Positions 49,353 to 63,634 are shown, counted from the first letter of the stretch. The stretch: 64,000 bases of DNA from Octopus sinensis (GCF_006345805.1 NC_043022.1:930001-994000), one strand, 5' to 3'. Translations and numbers: made by a program. The notes: generated by a model from the sequence alone, not told the origin.

Positions 49353-50861
49353 GTAAAGAGATATTTAGCATCATTTCTGGAATAACTGAAATTTAATTTC
49401 GCAGTCAATGGGTGAAATGACACATTAACATGCTAAGGCGGCGGGCTGATAGAATCGTTAGCGTACCAGGCAAAATGCTTAAAAATGTTTCGTCCGACTT
49501 TACGTTCTATATTCAAATTCCGCCGAGGTTAACTTTGCCTTTCATCTTTTCGAGGTCGATGAATTAAGTACCAGTTGAGCACTGGAGTCGATGTAATCCA
49601 CTAACCTCTTTCCACTAAAATTTCAGGACTAGCGCCCGTTAGCAGAAAGGATATTATATTAGATACTTCCATAGTTGTATATATTTAAAACAATTACCAC
49701 AATATTCACCGATTAGTTTGTTACACTCAATGATGGATGAGTTACCTACCTGAGTCTGTTCCTTGGTTTATATTTGATTCAATTCAGCATAATAATGTCT
49801 TGTAGTTTTTTTTGTAACTATATTTCGTATAGCAAACTTTCATATTATGTACACATAATGGCAGCCAACATAATGAAAAAGAAAGTGCCAAATTGTTTAC
49901 ACAGTGAACTAACAGTCTCCATTTCGTAGATCTCGAACGATGCAACGTCGCATACGAACTCAATGAAAGGGACAAGAAGTTAGATCCAAAAACAAATATG
50001 GCGCCTTCGTGGAACGTCAGAAAATCTCTTTTCAACTCACAAGAGTTTATCTGGCGTTATTGTCACAAACATAGAGACTAGAGATTTGTACTAAATTTAT
50101 CATGTTATGGGTCGGAAAGAAAAAGATTAAAAAATTTTTCCCTTTATTTTTTTTTCGTTTCCCTATATTTCAACCAGAAATTGAGATTCCGGGAAGAAAT
50201 GTCTCCAAATATGTCCATTTATTTTATATTTCCTTCCCCGGATAGATATTTCAATACATTTTTCGTTTTCCCGTGAGGTATAGAACTTCGAAAGATAGCT
50301 ATTCTTAAAACCCCATCTGTAGCGTAGTTCAGCAGTTATTTTGCTTTCCTTCCACGTTATTGTTTACCATTATATGTTCATATAACGAAAGATCGTCCTT
50401 CAAACTTGATAAACTTTCAACTAAACATGCTCTTTACCGAAAAGCAATGGATTTTTCTATTTTTACAAATGAGAACAACTTTAAAGTACATTGTTTTCTT
50501 GAAAAGAAATTTTAATTAAAAGCGAACGACATCGTGAGGTGCTCATGCCTTGATCTTCAATAAACAAAGCGAAACGGCCATCAATCATGAACTAAAACGA
50601 TAGTCATTCAAAAAATATGAAGAAAAAAAAACATTGCCCTCCTCCCTATTCGACGTTGTGTACTTTCGTTCCCCCTCTAATACTCGCTTGCTTCTGTCAT
50701 CTCTAACTTATACTCAACCTTTCACTCTATCTTAATAAGCTGTTAATTGCTCTTCAAAATGATTTAATAGTACATAACTGCAGCGGTATGTTGAAACATA
50801 AAACTCCACAATCAATACAGTGCCAAGCTGAACTATATACAATGAACAACTCACAAATGTT

Positions 50862-50905
<44 letters not shown>

Positions 50906-52051
50906 ATATATATATATAATCTCAACCAGTCTATAATCTAGTGTATTTCTATCCTTCTGAGGTTTATATATCCTCACTTGTACTTTAATATATATATATA
51001 AGTTTAAGTTTTTTTAGGGCCAGTTTATGGGATTACCCTGGGTTTCACGTCCATAAAACGCCCAGCTTTACAATGTATCATAAGATCCCAAAACCTGTTG
51101 GCTTCGGGCCTCTCTAGAATATGGCGATGCAAACTGGAAAAATAGAACTCGAAATATGAGTATGTATTAATATTTAGCAGATGAAGCGTCAGAGAGTTTT
51201 GTGCGTTGGCACTTAGCAAAAGTTTTGTAAGTGCTGACACGCGAAACACTTGTCCCTTGAGTCACTCTTCTGCTAAATATATGTGTATGTGTGTGTGTGC
51301 GTAGGTTTGGTGATGCGAACTCAACACAATAATTGTCTGCAAGGCGGCAAGCTGACGAAATCTTTAGCACGTCAGCCAAAATGCTTAGCGGCACTTCGTC
51401 TTTCTACGTTCCGATTTCAAATTTCGCCGAGATCGACTTGACCTTTTATCCTTTCGGGGGTCAATGAAATAAAATTACTAGTCAAACGCTAGGGGTTGAT
51501 ATAATCAACTAACCCCGTACACTAGAAATAATTATTGACAATTGCCTAAGGTTACAGAGTAATTAAAAAAAAGATCGACAGTTCCGTACGCTGATACTTA
51601 ATCACGAAATTTTCCGCTCTTTGCCAACCACATAGTTTCGGGTTCAGTTCCACTGCGTGGCACATTGAGCTGGTGGCCCCTACTATAGGCTCGGACCCAC
51701 CAAATCTCTGAGAGTGGATTTAATAGACAGAAACTGAAATAAACCCGTAGTGTGTGTACATTATATATACATATGTGTGTGCGTTTGTGTGTATACACAC
51801 ATATATGTGTATGTGTATATATAAATATATATATATACACGTGTATATGTGTGTGTATATATATGTGTGTGCGTGTATGTGTATAATATGTGTGTGTGTG
51901 TGTATGTATATATATATATATATATATTACGGAGGTGTGCATGCATAGCAAGTGACTTGATCTGAGATCATGTGCTGAAACAAAAACAGTTACAGCGTGG
52001 AAGATGTTTGTATACCATTTAAGAACACACAAAGATACATATATGTGTGTT

Positions 52052-52113
<62 letters not shown>

Positions 52114-53811
52114 CATACACACACACATATGTGTGTGTGTGTACCCAAATTATTAATGCTAAATGATTGCAGAGGTGTGAAGTGACAGAACCTTTCAGGT
52201 AACAAGACACCCGGCTGATCAACATAACGATAAATACTTGACAGCGATCGTCACGCCCCACTATCCACCCGCCTGTCTGTCTCTGTCGTTCTCAGATGAT
52301 TATAACCGATCATGGGTGGTTAACTGGTTGGATGGCGTAACGACAGAATTTCAGTCGAATGACTCAAAGCACTTTTAACTAAGGAGTGAGATGTTAGGGC
52401 ATTGAGATGTTTCTTATGCCGAGGAGGGTGTGCCAGCAAAAAAGCACACCCACGCGCTTTTTTCCATTTTGTTTTCCACATTATTTTTTCCGATAGAATA
52501 TTATTCTACACCACCTGAAAAGTATTTGCAGAAAATTTCGTTAAAAAATATCAATTTCTCTGAAAGTTATATGGAAATAAATTTGGTAGTGAATACAAGT
52601 GAGTCGATATGGCCATCTTAGGGCGGCGAAGAGTTGGCAGAATTGTTAGCACGCCGGGTAAAATGCTTAACAGTATTTCGTCTGCCGCTACGTTCTGAGT
52701 TCAAATTCCGCCGAGGTCGACTTTGCCTTTCATCCTTTCGGGGTCGATTAAATAAGTACCAGTTATCCACTGGAGTCGATATAATCGACTTAATCCCTTT
52801 GTCTGTCCTTGTTTGTCCTCTCTGTGTTTAGCCCCTTGAGGGTAGTAAAGAAATAGGTATGCCCATCTTAGAATGTAGACGTTTGGCAGTGCCACTTGCA
52901 CGCGTATAGAGTATATACAACTTTAGGAACCAATGAGAAAACCTGTGCTTACTTGCACTAATTAAACCGTCTTAATTTTCGATTTTTAGGAAATTTTATA
53001 AACGACAAAACACCACGATTTAAATTCTAGCCTGTCGATTTTATGTGGTCAGTCCCTTCCGTTTGTACTCGAGGTCGTTGTTACATCCTACTTCGAATGT
53101 GATTAATTTTCAAAACTACTTGTGAAAGATATCTGAGATGTGACTAATAACACCCGATATAACATTTGATTACTAATAAATCTCAATGTGTCGCAAAATC
53201 TCTATAAATGTGTGACCAATTCGAACAGCTGAGGAAGCACTGAAAGCGTGGCTGCGTGGTGCAAAACGTTTGGCGTTTGTTTCCCAATGACGTGGTTTTG
53301 GGTTCAGTCCCACTGCGTGACACCTTGGGCAAGAGTCTTTAATTTTTAGCTCTGAGCCAACTAAAACGTTGTGAGTAGATTTGATTGACAAAACCTGAAA
53401 GCAGCCCATCGTGTGTGTGTGAAGTTTTGTCTCCCACCGATGCTTGACAACCGACTTTGGTTTGTTTATGTTACCCGTAACTTAGCGATTCAGACAAAAA
53501 GATGCCGATATAGTATATATCCCAGGCTTTTGAAAAAGTACTGGGGGTCGATTTGTCCCAGCATGGGACAAGAAAAAAGGCCTAGCCATGATTTGAGGGA
53601 ACCTAGTTGCTATTTCTAGCATGCTGTAGCAGTGCCTCTCCCCTGGATCTATTAGAAACAAAGGTATGGACGCGAATGGCTCATTGGTCTGCTAATAGCG
53701 GAGCAGGAAGCTGTACAAACGGAAGTATGGATGCTGTAGTTTATGTGATTGATAGATAGATAGATGAGTCAGTCATTAAACGTCTGCGCGTCTTCCATCG
53801 AGATAGACTCA

Positions 53812-54725
53812 ACGCCTCCTCCTCCTCCTCCACAGCATTTCGCTCAGCAGACCTCCTCCTACTCCGTTCCCTCACACTTGTTTTTATCGCTTTCTCCTCC
53901 CTCACTCTCCTCCCTCACATTTATCTTATTCGTTCCTTAATCTCTCCTCCCTCGCTTTCTCATCTTTTTCTTCATTCCGTTCTGTCTTCTCTACCCTGCT
54001 CTCTCTCTCTCTCTCTGTCTTTCCCACTTCTCCACCCTCTCTTACTCTTTTCACACATTTTCTTCTCCCCTTCCTTCCATTGTGTTCTCTTCCTCCCTCT
54101 CCCCTTCTCTCCTTATTACACTATCTCTCCTCTCCCTCTCTCTTTCCTTACACTCTTTCTCCTTCCCCACTTGTCCTCCTCTCTCACGCCTTATTTCCTC
54201 TTCCTCCTCTCTTTATCTTTCTGGCAAATCTCACATCTCTGCTCTTTCCTCGAACTTTCATTTCCTATTTACATCCTTTTTTTCCTCATTCATTTCCTCC
54301 TTCTCTCACTTTGTTCTTTTGTCTTTTTCGCCCTTTTCTAATATTTTTGTAGAGGAGCTTCCAGTAATTTCTTCGCTCCCTCTTTCTTTCTCTCTCATCT
54401 CTTACACTTTCTTCTCATCCCTCTACCTTTCCCTCTTCCTTGTACCTCTCTTTATTTATCATAGACTTTCTCCTCTTCTCACCATTCATTCTCTCTCTAT
54501 AAATTAATTCCTCCCCTTCCTCCTACCATTCTCTTTCTCTCTCATAATCTCTAACACGTTCTTTTCTCTCTCTCTCTCTGTACCTCTCCCTTAGTCTTTC
54601 TCCCTCTCTATTCCTCCTTTAAAATCTCTACCACTTTCCCTTTCCTCTCCTTCCGACTTCTAGAACTTTCCTATTCTCTCATCATCTTCGCATCACTCAT
54701 TCTTCTTTTTTTATTTCTTTTCAAA
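53812..54725. repeat. Polypyrimidine (CT-rich) tract of about 900 bp
   Basis: Strongly C/T-biased on (+), non-periodic. Confidence 0.9.
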
Positions 54726-56306
54726 ATTCTGCCATTAACTGCTGAGCAAAACCGGAAGTGACTTATGCGGAATTGTACAGGAAGCTGACAAGGAAGACCC
54801 CTTCTTGGCCACTAAAAATAGCAGTTATGTCTCCCTCAATTAAGGACAAGGACACGTTAGTTAATATAGACCAAAGTACTATGACCCCAGCAGATTTACC
54901 TCTGATGGGTTTGCTCTGTCGTAGCTAACTCAGGGCTTAATAAATAATTGGAGCCGGCGAACGAAGTCTATACATAGGAATCGCCATATGCTAAAAAAAA
55001 TAGCAGCCAAATCCCTCCCAGCCACATTCTACTGTCTTCAAGATAAACAACAACAAAATATTACACAGACGTTATCGTATATATTAGGAAAAGACGATGG
55101 TCACGGCTGGAACGTCTTTGATCATGTCTACGCGATGGCGGCTTGCCTGGGGCTAAATAAGCAGCAAAAACAAATCGCTTCATCAACCAAAGAGGGGAGC
55201 CTGAATTTGGTAGTGCCCATCTGTTAGAAATAGCAGCCACATCATCCTCAAAGCATGTCCTGTAAAAAAAACCCTCCCCCTGGATTCTTAAGCAACTTCT
55301 CAGGTGTTGGTGGTCGTGTGTTCATAGTGGCTGATTTGACAAAAGTCGTGAGAATTCGAATCTGAAGCTAGAAAAGGTAGTTGAAACACCCTCGAATTCC
55401 CCTAGCAGAATTGGTTTTAGTGTAAGCGCAGTTGGGATGCAATGGCAGTTGACACTGTAGAACAATAAACAATGAAATGAAATTCTCGCAATTTCTATCC
55501 CCTATACCTATTTCTTTTACTACCCTATAAGGGGCTAAACACAGAGGGGACAAACAAGGATAGAGAAACCGATTAAGTCGATTATATCGACCCCAGTGCG
55601 CAACTGGTACTTATTTAATCGACCCCGAAAGGATGAACGGCAAAATCGACCTCGGCGGAATTTGAACTCAGAACATAAAGACAGACGAACAACTGCTAAG
55701 TAATTCGCCCGGCTTGCTAACGTTTCTGCCAGCTCGCCGCCTTTCTGTCCTCTATACCGCGAAAGAGTAGGCTCGAGGCCTAAGACTCCTTGCCAGCGCA
55801 TAATCTCCCTCCACCGCGATCGCGGGCCGTGCACGTAATAAAAATTTCCCAACTGTACGATGATGCGAACTGTAGACGCCGCCACCGCTTCCACGTGCAG
55901 AGTGATCTGCGATTAACCTTTTTAAAACGCACCTCGTGACTGTGATAAGCCTTCAGACGTTCTGAAACATTTTTGGACTTTCTCTTGGGAGAGAACGCGT
56001 AAGAAATTGCTTGTGAAAACGTGAGAGCGAAAGATTGTGAGCCAAAAACGTGAGACTTGGCCAATCTGTAGTAGTGGTGGTGAAGTTCAGTTTCTATGAA
56101 CTAGCGTCGGAATTTTATGTCCTCAGTTCAAATCTCTGCCTTTCCTTTCCGGGGAATCACTGAAATTACAAGCCCTTACGTTCTGAGTTCAAATTCTGCC
56201 GAAGGTGGACCTTGCCTTTCATTCTTTATAATGTTTTGTTCTTATATAATTATATTCACATCCAGTCGGAATTTTTAAAGGAATATTAAGTCCTCCCTTG
56301 CAAATT

Positions 56307-56740
56307 CTATACGGACACAAACTGTGTGTCGACAGCGAGCTGGAAAAGATGTTTTCCTGGGGCTAAAACGACAGTAACATCGTCCTATATAGGACTGCCA
56401 CATTTTGTTGGCATATAAACCTTACTATCCGGTACTTCTACTGTATATCTCTGGCTCAGAGATTTAAAACAAGTTGTTTTTGTCTCTATACAAGTTCAGT
56501 GATGTGTGAGTCACTCAAAATATATATAGCATTTGCCAGTGGAGAGAGCTTTCGTTACTAGCTTGTAGTTGTCTTACACTGACGACGGATAACATCCAGA
56601 AACCAAGTAAGGCTAGAGATGGGAGCGATGACCTCTCTTCCGAATGCTATACGGGCACAAACTGTGTCGATAGAGAACTGGAAAAGATATTTTCCTGGGG
56701 TTAAAACAACAATAACATCGTCCTTTACAAGACTGCAACA
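56307..56740 (+). repeat. Direct repeat pair of about 95 bp, 340 bp apart
   Basis: CTATACGG(A/G)CACAAACTGTGT...GACTGC(C/A)ACA at 56307-56402 and 56647-56740. Confidence 0.8.
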
Positions 56741-57204
56741 ATATTAATTCTCCAAAACCTGAAGTGAAAAAGTTTCTACAAAAATCTTTTTCTTTCATAA
56801 TGAGGATATTAATTTATTTTATCGCATTTTGTTTTATACTTTTTATATTTACAAACGTAATCTCCATATAAATAGAATCAATAAACTTTTTTTTAAATTC
56901 AAAGAATCTACGATTTTCTTCCTTTCAAATCAAGGAGGTGACGTCGGCGTAAATGAATATATGATTAGCTTTAAAAGTTCCCAGATCCCTGCCTCTACGT
57001 AGATGCCTTATCTGCTAGAAATAACGGCGAAATCCCCATCGAATCACACCCCGCCGCCTTTAAAAGCCAAAATGAAATAAAAGCGATAGTCGGATGAATG
57101 TATTGCTGCCTACATTAGTACTGGTAGAAGATAGTAGAGTGGATGGTCATGGCTGGTATGCTTCGTTTGACCATAGGTTTGCTCGAACACAAACTGACTT
57201 TGGG

Positions 57205-57292
57205 CTTAACAACTACCACCACCACTGCTGCTACTACTAATACTGTTACAACTACTACTACTACTACTACTACTACCACTACTATTACTACA
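57205..57292. repeat. (ACT)n microsatellite
   Basis: ACT/ACC trinucleotide run. Confidence 0.9.
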
Positions 57293-57823
57293 GCTAAAGT
57301 ATTTTCTTTACTCAGTAAATATTCATGTCATGACAAAAACTTTCTACATCACAGCCTAACTTCGTCGAAAGAGATTCCTGAACACAAAACCAGGCGAGGC
57401 TAACAGAACTTTCATACAACATATATATATTTCAAACGAAAGACTGCCTATTATTTATATGATGGCGGTGGCGATGACGAGTAGGGGTGGGGGGGCAGAT
57501 GGTGGTGGTGATGGATTATCTCAGTGGCTTTCACCACCGCCAACGCCGTCTTTGTCATCGTCGTAGTCGTCGTCGCCATCGCCACCAACAGCCAACACCT
57601 TCCTTCGTTTTGGCAAGCCCCCCCCCCCCCACTGTTTTAGAGTCTGTCATTTTGTCTTCCTCTCCTTTCTCCTTGTCTGTCTGGTTAACTGACTGGCTGA
57701 ATGCACACACACACACACACACACACACGTATATATCAAACTTAATAGATGTATGAGGCTAGGGTCAGGGTATGTATTTAATACATACATACACATATAT
57801 ATATATATACAGACATACACACA

Positions 57824-57982
57824 TACATGGTCGTGGCCAAAAGTTTGGGGCAGTTCTTTGAAAATTAAAATTGTTATGCCCAAGTACAATTCGATTCAAA
57901 TATATACAACGTATGTATTTGGGCATTTAAGATAAACATTCTAATTTTCAGACCTATGTTCCAAACTTTAGGCTGACTTGTA
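57824..57982. mobile_element. Tc1/mariner-like MITE
   Basis: TA-CATGGTCGTGGCCAAAAGTTTGG...CCAAACTTTAGGCTGACTTG-TA imperfect TIRs. Confidence 0.5.
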
Positions 57983-58108
57983 CATACATACATACATACG
58001 TACGTACGTACGTACATACATACGTACGTACGTACGTACATACGTACATACGTACATACATACATACCATCATACATACATACATCACACATACATACAT
58101 ACATACAT
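57981..58108. repeat. (TACA)n/(TACG)n tetranucleotide microsatellite
   Basis: Directly visible. Confidence 0.9.
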
Positions 58109-58109
58109 G

Positions 58110-59040
58110 CTAGAAAAAGAAGAGAACATCTACAAATCATTGATAAGGAATTTGCAAATCCAGTACCCAAGAAATGCTTTCAGCTTCATACCCATTGTTA
58201 CTGGAGCAACAGGATATATACAAATCCATCTGGAGCAAAGTATGGCTGGACTTGGGGATCTTGGGAAGATAATGCTAATCCTTTTTTCGTACACTACAAA
58301 TAATCACGATATCTGGGACTATAAAAATCTGCAAGACCCTCTTAAGATTTAAAACACTGGTTAGCAACCGGGGTCTATATGGCCCCTGAGGGTCCCGTAT
58401 AAAATTTCTGCGGGTTCACACTACAAAATAACTGAGGGTCCACAATAGCATTTTAAGAATCCCTGAACGAATTTTGGCTGTGGATGTCTGCATTGGTGAC
58501 GTATGGCAAGAAACAGGTTTCTTTCTCTAACATTTTACATTGTTCGACCTACACAAGTTAATGTGTAAATAGCAAATTAGGAATTTTGAAAGAAGTTTCT
58601 ATAAATCTAGTTTTTAAACATCGAATGGCTATGGAGGTCGACCAAAATAAAATGGCAATCAAAGGAGTTCATAGATAAAAAAATGGTTGAGAGCCTGAAG
58701 AAATTTTGTTTTAGATGTATGTGTTGGTATATATTGCAAGAAACAGTTAGGTTTCTTTCCCTAACATTTTACATAACTTCAACCTACGCAAGTTAATGTG
58801 TGATGAACAAAATAGGAAATTTTTGAAAGGGGTTTCTATAAAACTAGTTTTTGAACTTCAAATGGCTATGGGGAGTACACCAGAATAAAATAGTAATCAA
58901 AGGGGTCCATAGATAAAAAAAAAATGTTTGCAAATCCCTGATTTAAAGCATGATGATTAAAAGACTATACCTTCCTTCACAACATTGCTACCAAGCAGGT
59001 GGGAGGCCAAACTTTACTCTTAAATTAAAAAGAGAAAGAG
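58110..59040 (+). mobile_element. RLE-type (R4/Dong/NeSL-like) LINE 3' fragment, split by a hAT MITE
   Basis: EKEENIYKSLIRNLQIQYPRNAFSFIPIVTGATGYI...IITISGTIKICKTLLRF* (frameshifted). The 3' UTR resumes after 58948. Confidence 0.7.
58355..58940. mobile_element. hAT MITE with duplicated 3' half
   Basis: CACTGGTTAGCAACC...CAAATCCCTG; 8-bp TSD ATTTAAAA/ATTTAAAG; segment of about 58505-58700 repeated at about 58735-58940. Confidence 0.75.
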
Positions 59041-59055
59041 GACATGCATACATAC

Positions 59056-59841
59056 ATACCTGTAATTATTGGAGCACTGGGCTATGTAAAAACACTGCCT
59101 AAGTACCAATCTTGAGAAATTCAGAAATTAGAAACTGGATTCAAAGACTGCACATCCATGCCATCACTGGAACTGTAAAACTTTCCAGAAGTTGTATATA
59201 TGAGTATGTCTAGACATGCAACTAAATGCATGAGAATCATCATCATCACAATCATCATTTAACGTCCGCTTTCCATGCTGGCATGGGTTGGATGATTTGA
59301 CTGAGGACTGGCGAGCCAGATGGCTGCACCAGGCTCCAATCTGATCTGGCAGAGTTTCTACAGAAGGATGCCCTTCCTAATGCCAACCACTCCAAGAGTG
59401 TAGTGGGTGCTTTTACATGCCACTGGTACAAGGGCCAGTGAGGCAATACTGGCAATGGCCTTGCTCAAATGGTGTTTTTTACGTGCCACTTGCATAGGAG
59501 CCAGTCCAGCGGCACTGGCAACGACTTCGCTCAAATGTTTTTTCACGTGCCACCGGCACAGAAGCCAGTCTGCTGCCCTGGCAATGATCACGCTCGGATG
59601 GTGCTCTTAGCGCTCCACTGGTATGGGTGCCAGTCATCGAATTTGATTTAATACATACATAAAACAAAACACATAAATCTGCACATACACTGACTCTAAA
59701 TACTGCAAAAACATCCTATTGATGTTGAAGTTCCAATGAAGGAGCATTTGATCTAGGTTAGAAGCCAACACTTTCCCTACTGGCATGAAATTTCGAAATA
59801 ATACTGGAAAATTATATACATTACATACATACATACATACT
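59056..59841 (+). mobile_element. Second RLE-type LINE 3' fragment, split by a SINE-C and ending in (TACA)n
   Basis: IPVIIGALGYVK...LHIHAITGTVK; SINE-C at 59225-59645; probable 3' UTR 59650-59825, then TACATACATAC. Confidence 0.6.
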
Positions 59842-60336
59842 CACACAGTGGTGAACTGGCCAGATTGCTAGCTTGCCCAATGGCAAATGGGGTCCTACAC
59901 CATTAGAATACATATATGGGGTAAGCTAAAAGTACCAAGGGGCCAGGTGGTGATGTTAACCGTTAGCATGCTTAGGCATATCATAGAGTTGTGTGAGTTT
60001 TCTCCCTAGTGGCTGCAGGCATCAACAGGGGAGAAAACACATACTGTGACATGATGCATCTACAGAGTGCTAAAGGTTAAATAAGGCAATGAGTTAAGTC
60101 TATCACCCAAGTAGGCCATGGTGGGATTTTGAACTCAGAATGTAAAAAGTGGGACAAACATCACAAGGCATTATGTTTCATGCTCTGTCAACTAGAGTGT
60201 GATTTGAGGGAGAATTGACAGTCATAGCATTTTTTCCCTTCAACTGCCAGACTTTGGAATTCTCTTCCATCTCATTGATTTCCTCCTTCTTCTGACCTGA
60301 ACTCTTTCAGGTCTAAAGTACATTCATTCCTTGAAT

Positions 60337-60525
60337 CAGAGAGAGAGAGGGGGGAGGGGAGAGAGAAAGGGATGAAGTGAGCGATCAGGAGAGATAGTGA
60401 GAGAGATCAGGATGGCTACTGAGAGAGAGATCAGGAGGGATAGTGAGAGAGAGAAAGAAAGGTACACATAGGCAGGGAGGGTGTGAGAGAGATAGGGAAA
60501 AATGAGAGAGGAAGAGAGAGTGATT
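60337..60525. repeat. GA-rich low-complexity tract
   Basis: Degenerate (GA)n. Confidence 0.85.
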
Positions 60526-61401
60526 AGGTGTAAGTGTTTGATAATGTGTACTTGTAAATTCATCTTAAATTCTCCTTCATATTCCTTTCTTCTGGATAAC
60601 GGTCTCTATGAGCCCAAGGGCCCAAAGGCCCAAGGGCCCAGGGTGATAGTGTTCAGGGATTGATGATCTAATTCCCAGTTATTTTGTGCCATCTCACTTC
60701 GCTCAAAATTCACAACATCTTCATACGAATGTTGTTGTGGTTCACACTTCATTTGGGACTCCTTTATATATTAGCGTTTATCCCTGACAGAACAATCGGT
60801 TGTGTATGACAAGGGAGAATTTACAGATTCAGTTTCGAATCTCAGGCAGGGCTAAAGCAAGGTCCCCACGCAAGTACAACTCGTTTGTGCCAGCTGAGTG
60901 GACTGGAGCAACAGAGAAATAAACGGCGCAATGTGCCGCCTGGAATGGAACACACGACCTTACAATCCTCACCCAAACACCCTAACCACTAAGCCACATA
61001 CATTCACTACCACAACAACAATAGCAGCAACAACAACAACTGATATCTATGATGTTTTGCAAATGCATATGCAGGTGCACTTTCTTAAGCAGTTGTACAT
61101 GTTCCACTGGATCTCCCAGAAACAGGAAATGACCTTTCGCTATGTTTGGCAACGCCCTCTCTTCTGCGACTTATTTACAATGAAATTATAAAAGCTGCAA
61201 CATGAGTTTTGTTTTGATTTGTTTTGGTTTTTTTTAATTCTTTATTTACTTATTCCTTGCTTGGGGTGGAGCTAACTAAAAACCTCTGTTTGTTGTACGA
61301 AATGTAATTGAAATGTAATTTTATATACATACATACACACATAAACACACACACACACACACATATATATATACACATACATATATATATATATATAATA
61401 T

Positions 61402-61456
<55 letters not shown>

Positions 61457-61700
61457 ATGTATATTTATATATATACACACACACACATATATATATATAT
61501 ATACACACACATGCACGTGTCGTAATTCACAACTTACAATATTCCTCTCTCCCTCTCTCTTTCTCTATATATGTATATGTATATGTGTGCATACATTCAT
61601 ATACATGCATATATGCGTGTGTTTGTTTTTGTTTGTGTGTGTGTATATATTTATTTGCATGTGTGGGGTCTATATATATATATATATTATATATATATAA

Positions 61701-63297
<1,597 letters not shown>

Positions 63298-63319
63298 TGC
63301 TCTCTCAACGAGATTCCAA

Positions 63320-63625
63320 GTTGAGAGAGCACATCAGTAGCGAGGTCATTAGAGAGAGGTCATCAGAGAGAGGTCCTACATGAGGGATGTCATCACAGAA
63401 TATACCCGCAGCAAGTTTACATGGGCTGGACACGTCGCCCGGCTCACTGATAATTGGTGGACCTGCGCAGTTGTCAAGTGGTATCCGCATGAGTGGAAAC
63501 TACCACTCGGAAGGCCTCCACGACAGTGGAGTTACGATTTCAGGAGGACGATTGGGATCACGTGGATGAGAAAGGCACGATCCAAAGGGGAGTGAAATGG
63601 ATGCCCAACGGACTGGTCGATCAAG
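63320..63625 (+). mobile_element. RTE-clade LINE 3' fragment
   Basis: RDVITEYTRSKFTWAGHVARLTDNWWTCAVVKWYPHEWKLPLGRPPRQWSYDFRRTIGITWMRKARSKGE, matching the WAGHVAR...GRPP..W motif. Confidence 0.85.
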
Positions 63626-63634
63626 GTGATCAAG

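Noticed and set aside
49998-50081. Plus-strand ORF MAPSWNVRKSLFNSQEFIW...
   Set aside because: 27 codons, no good donor and no recognisable homology.
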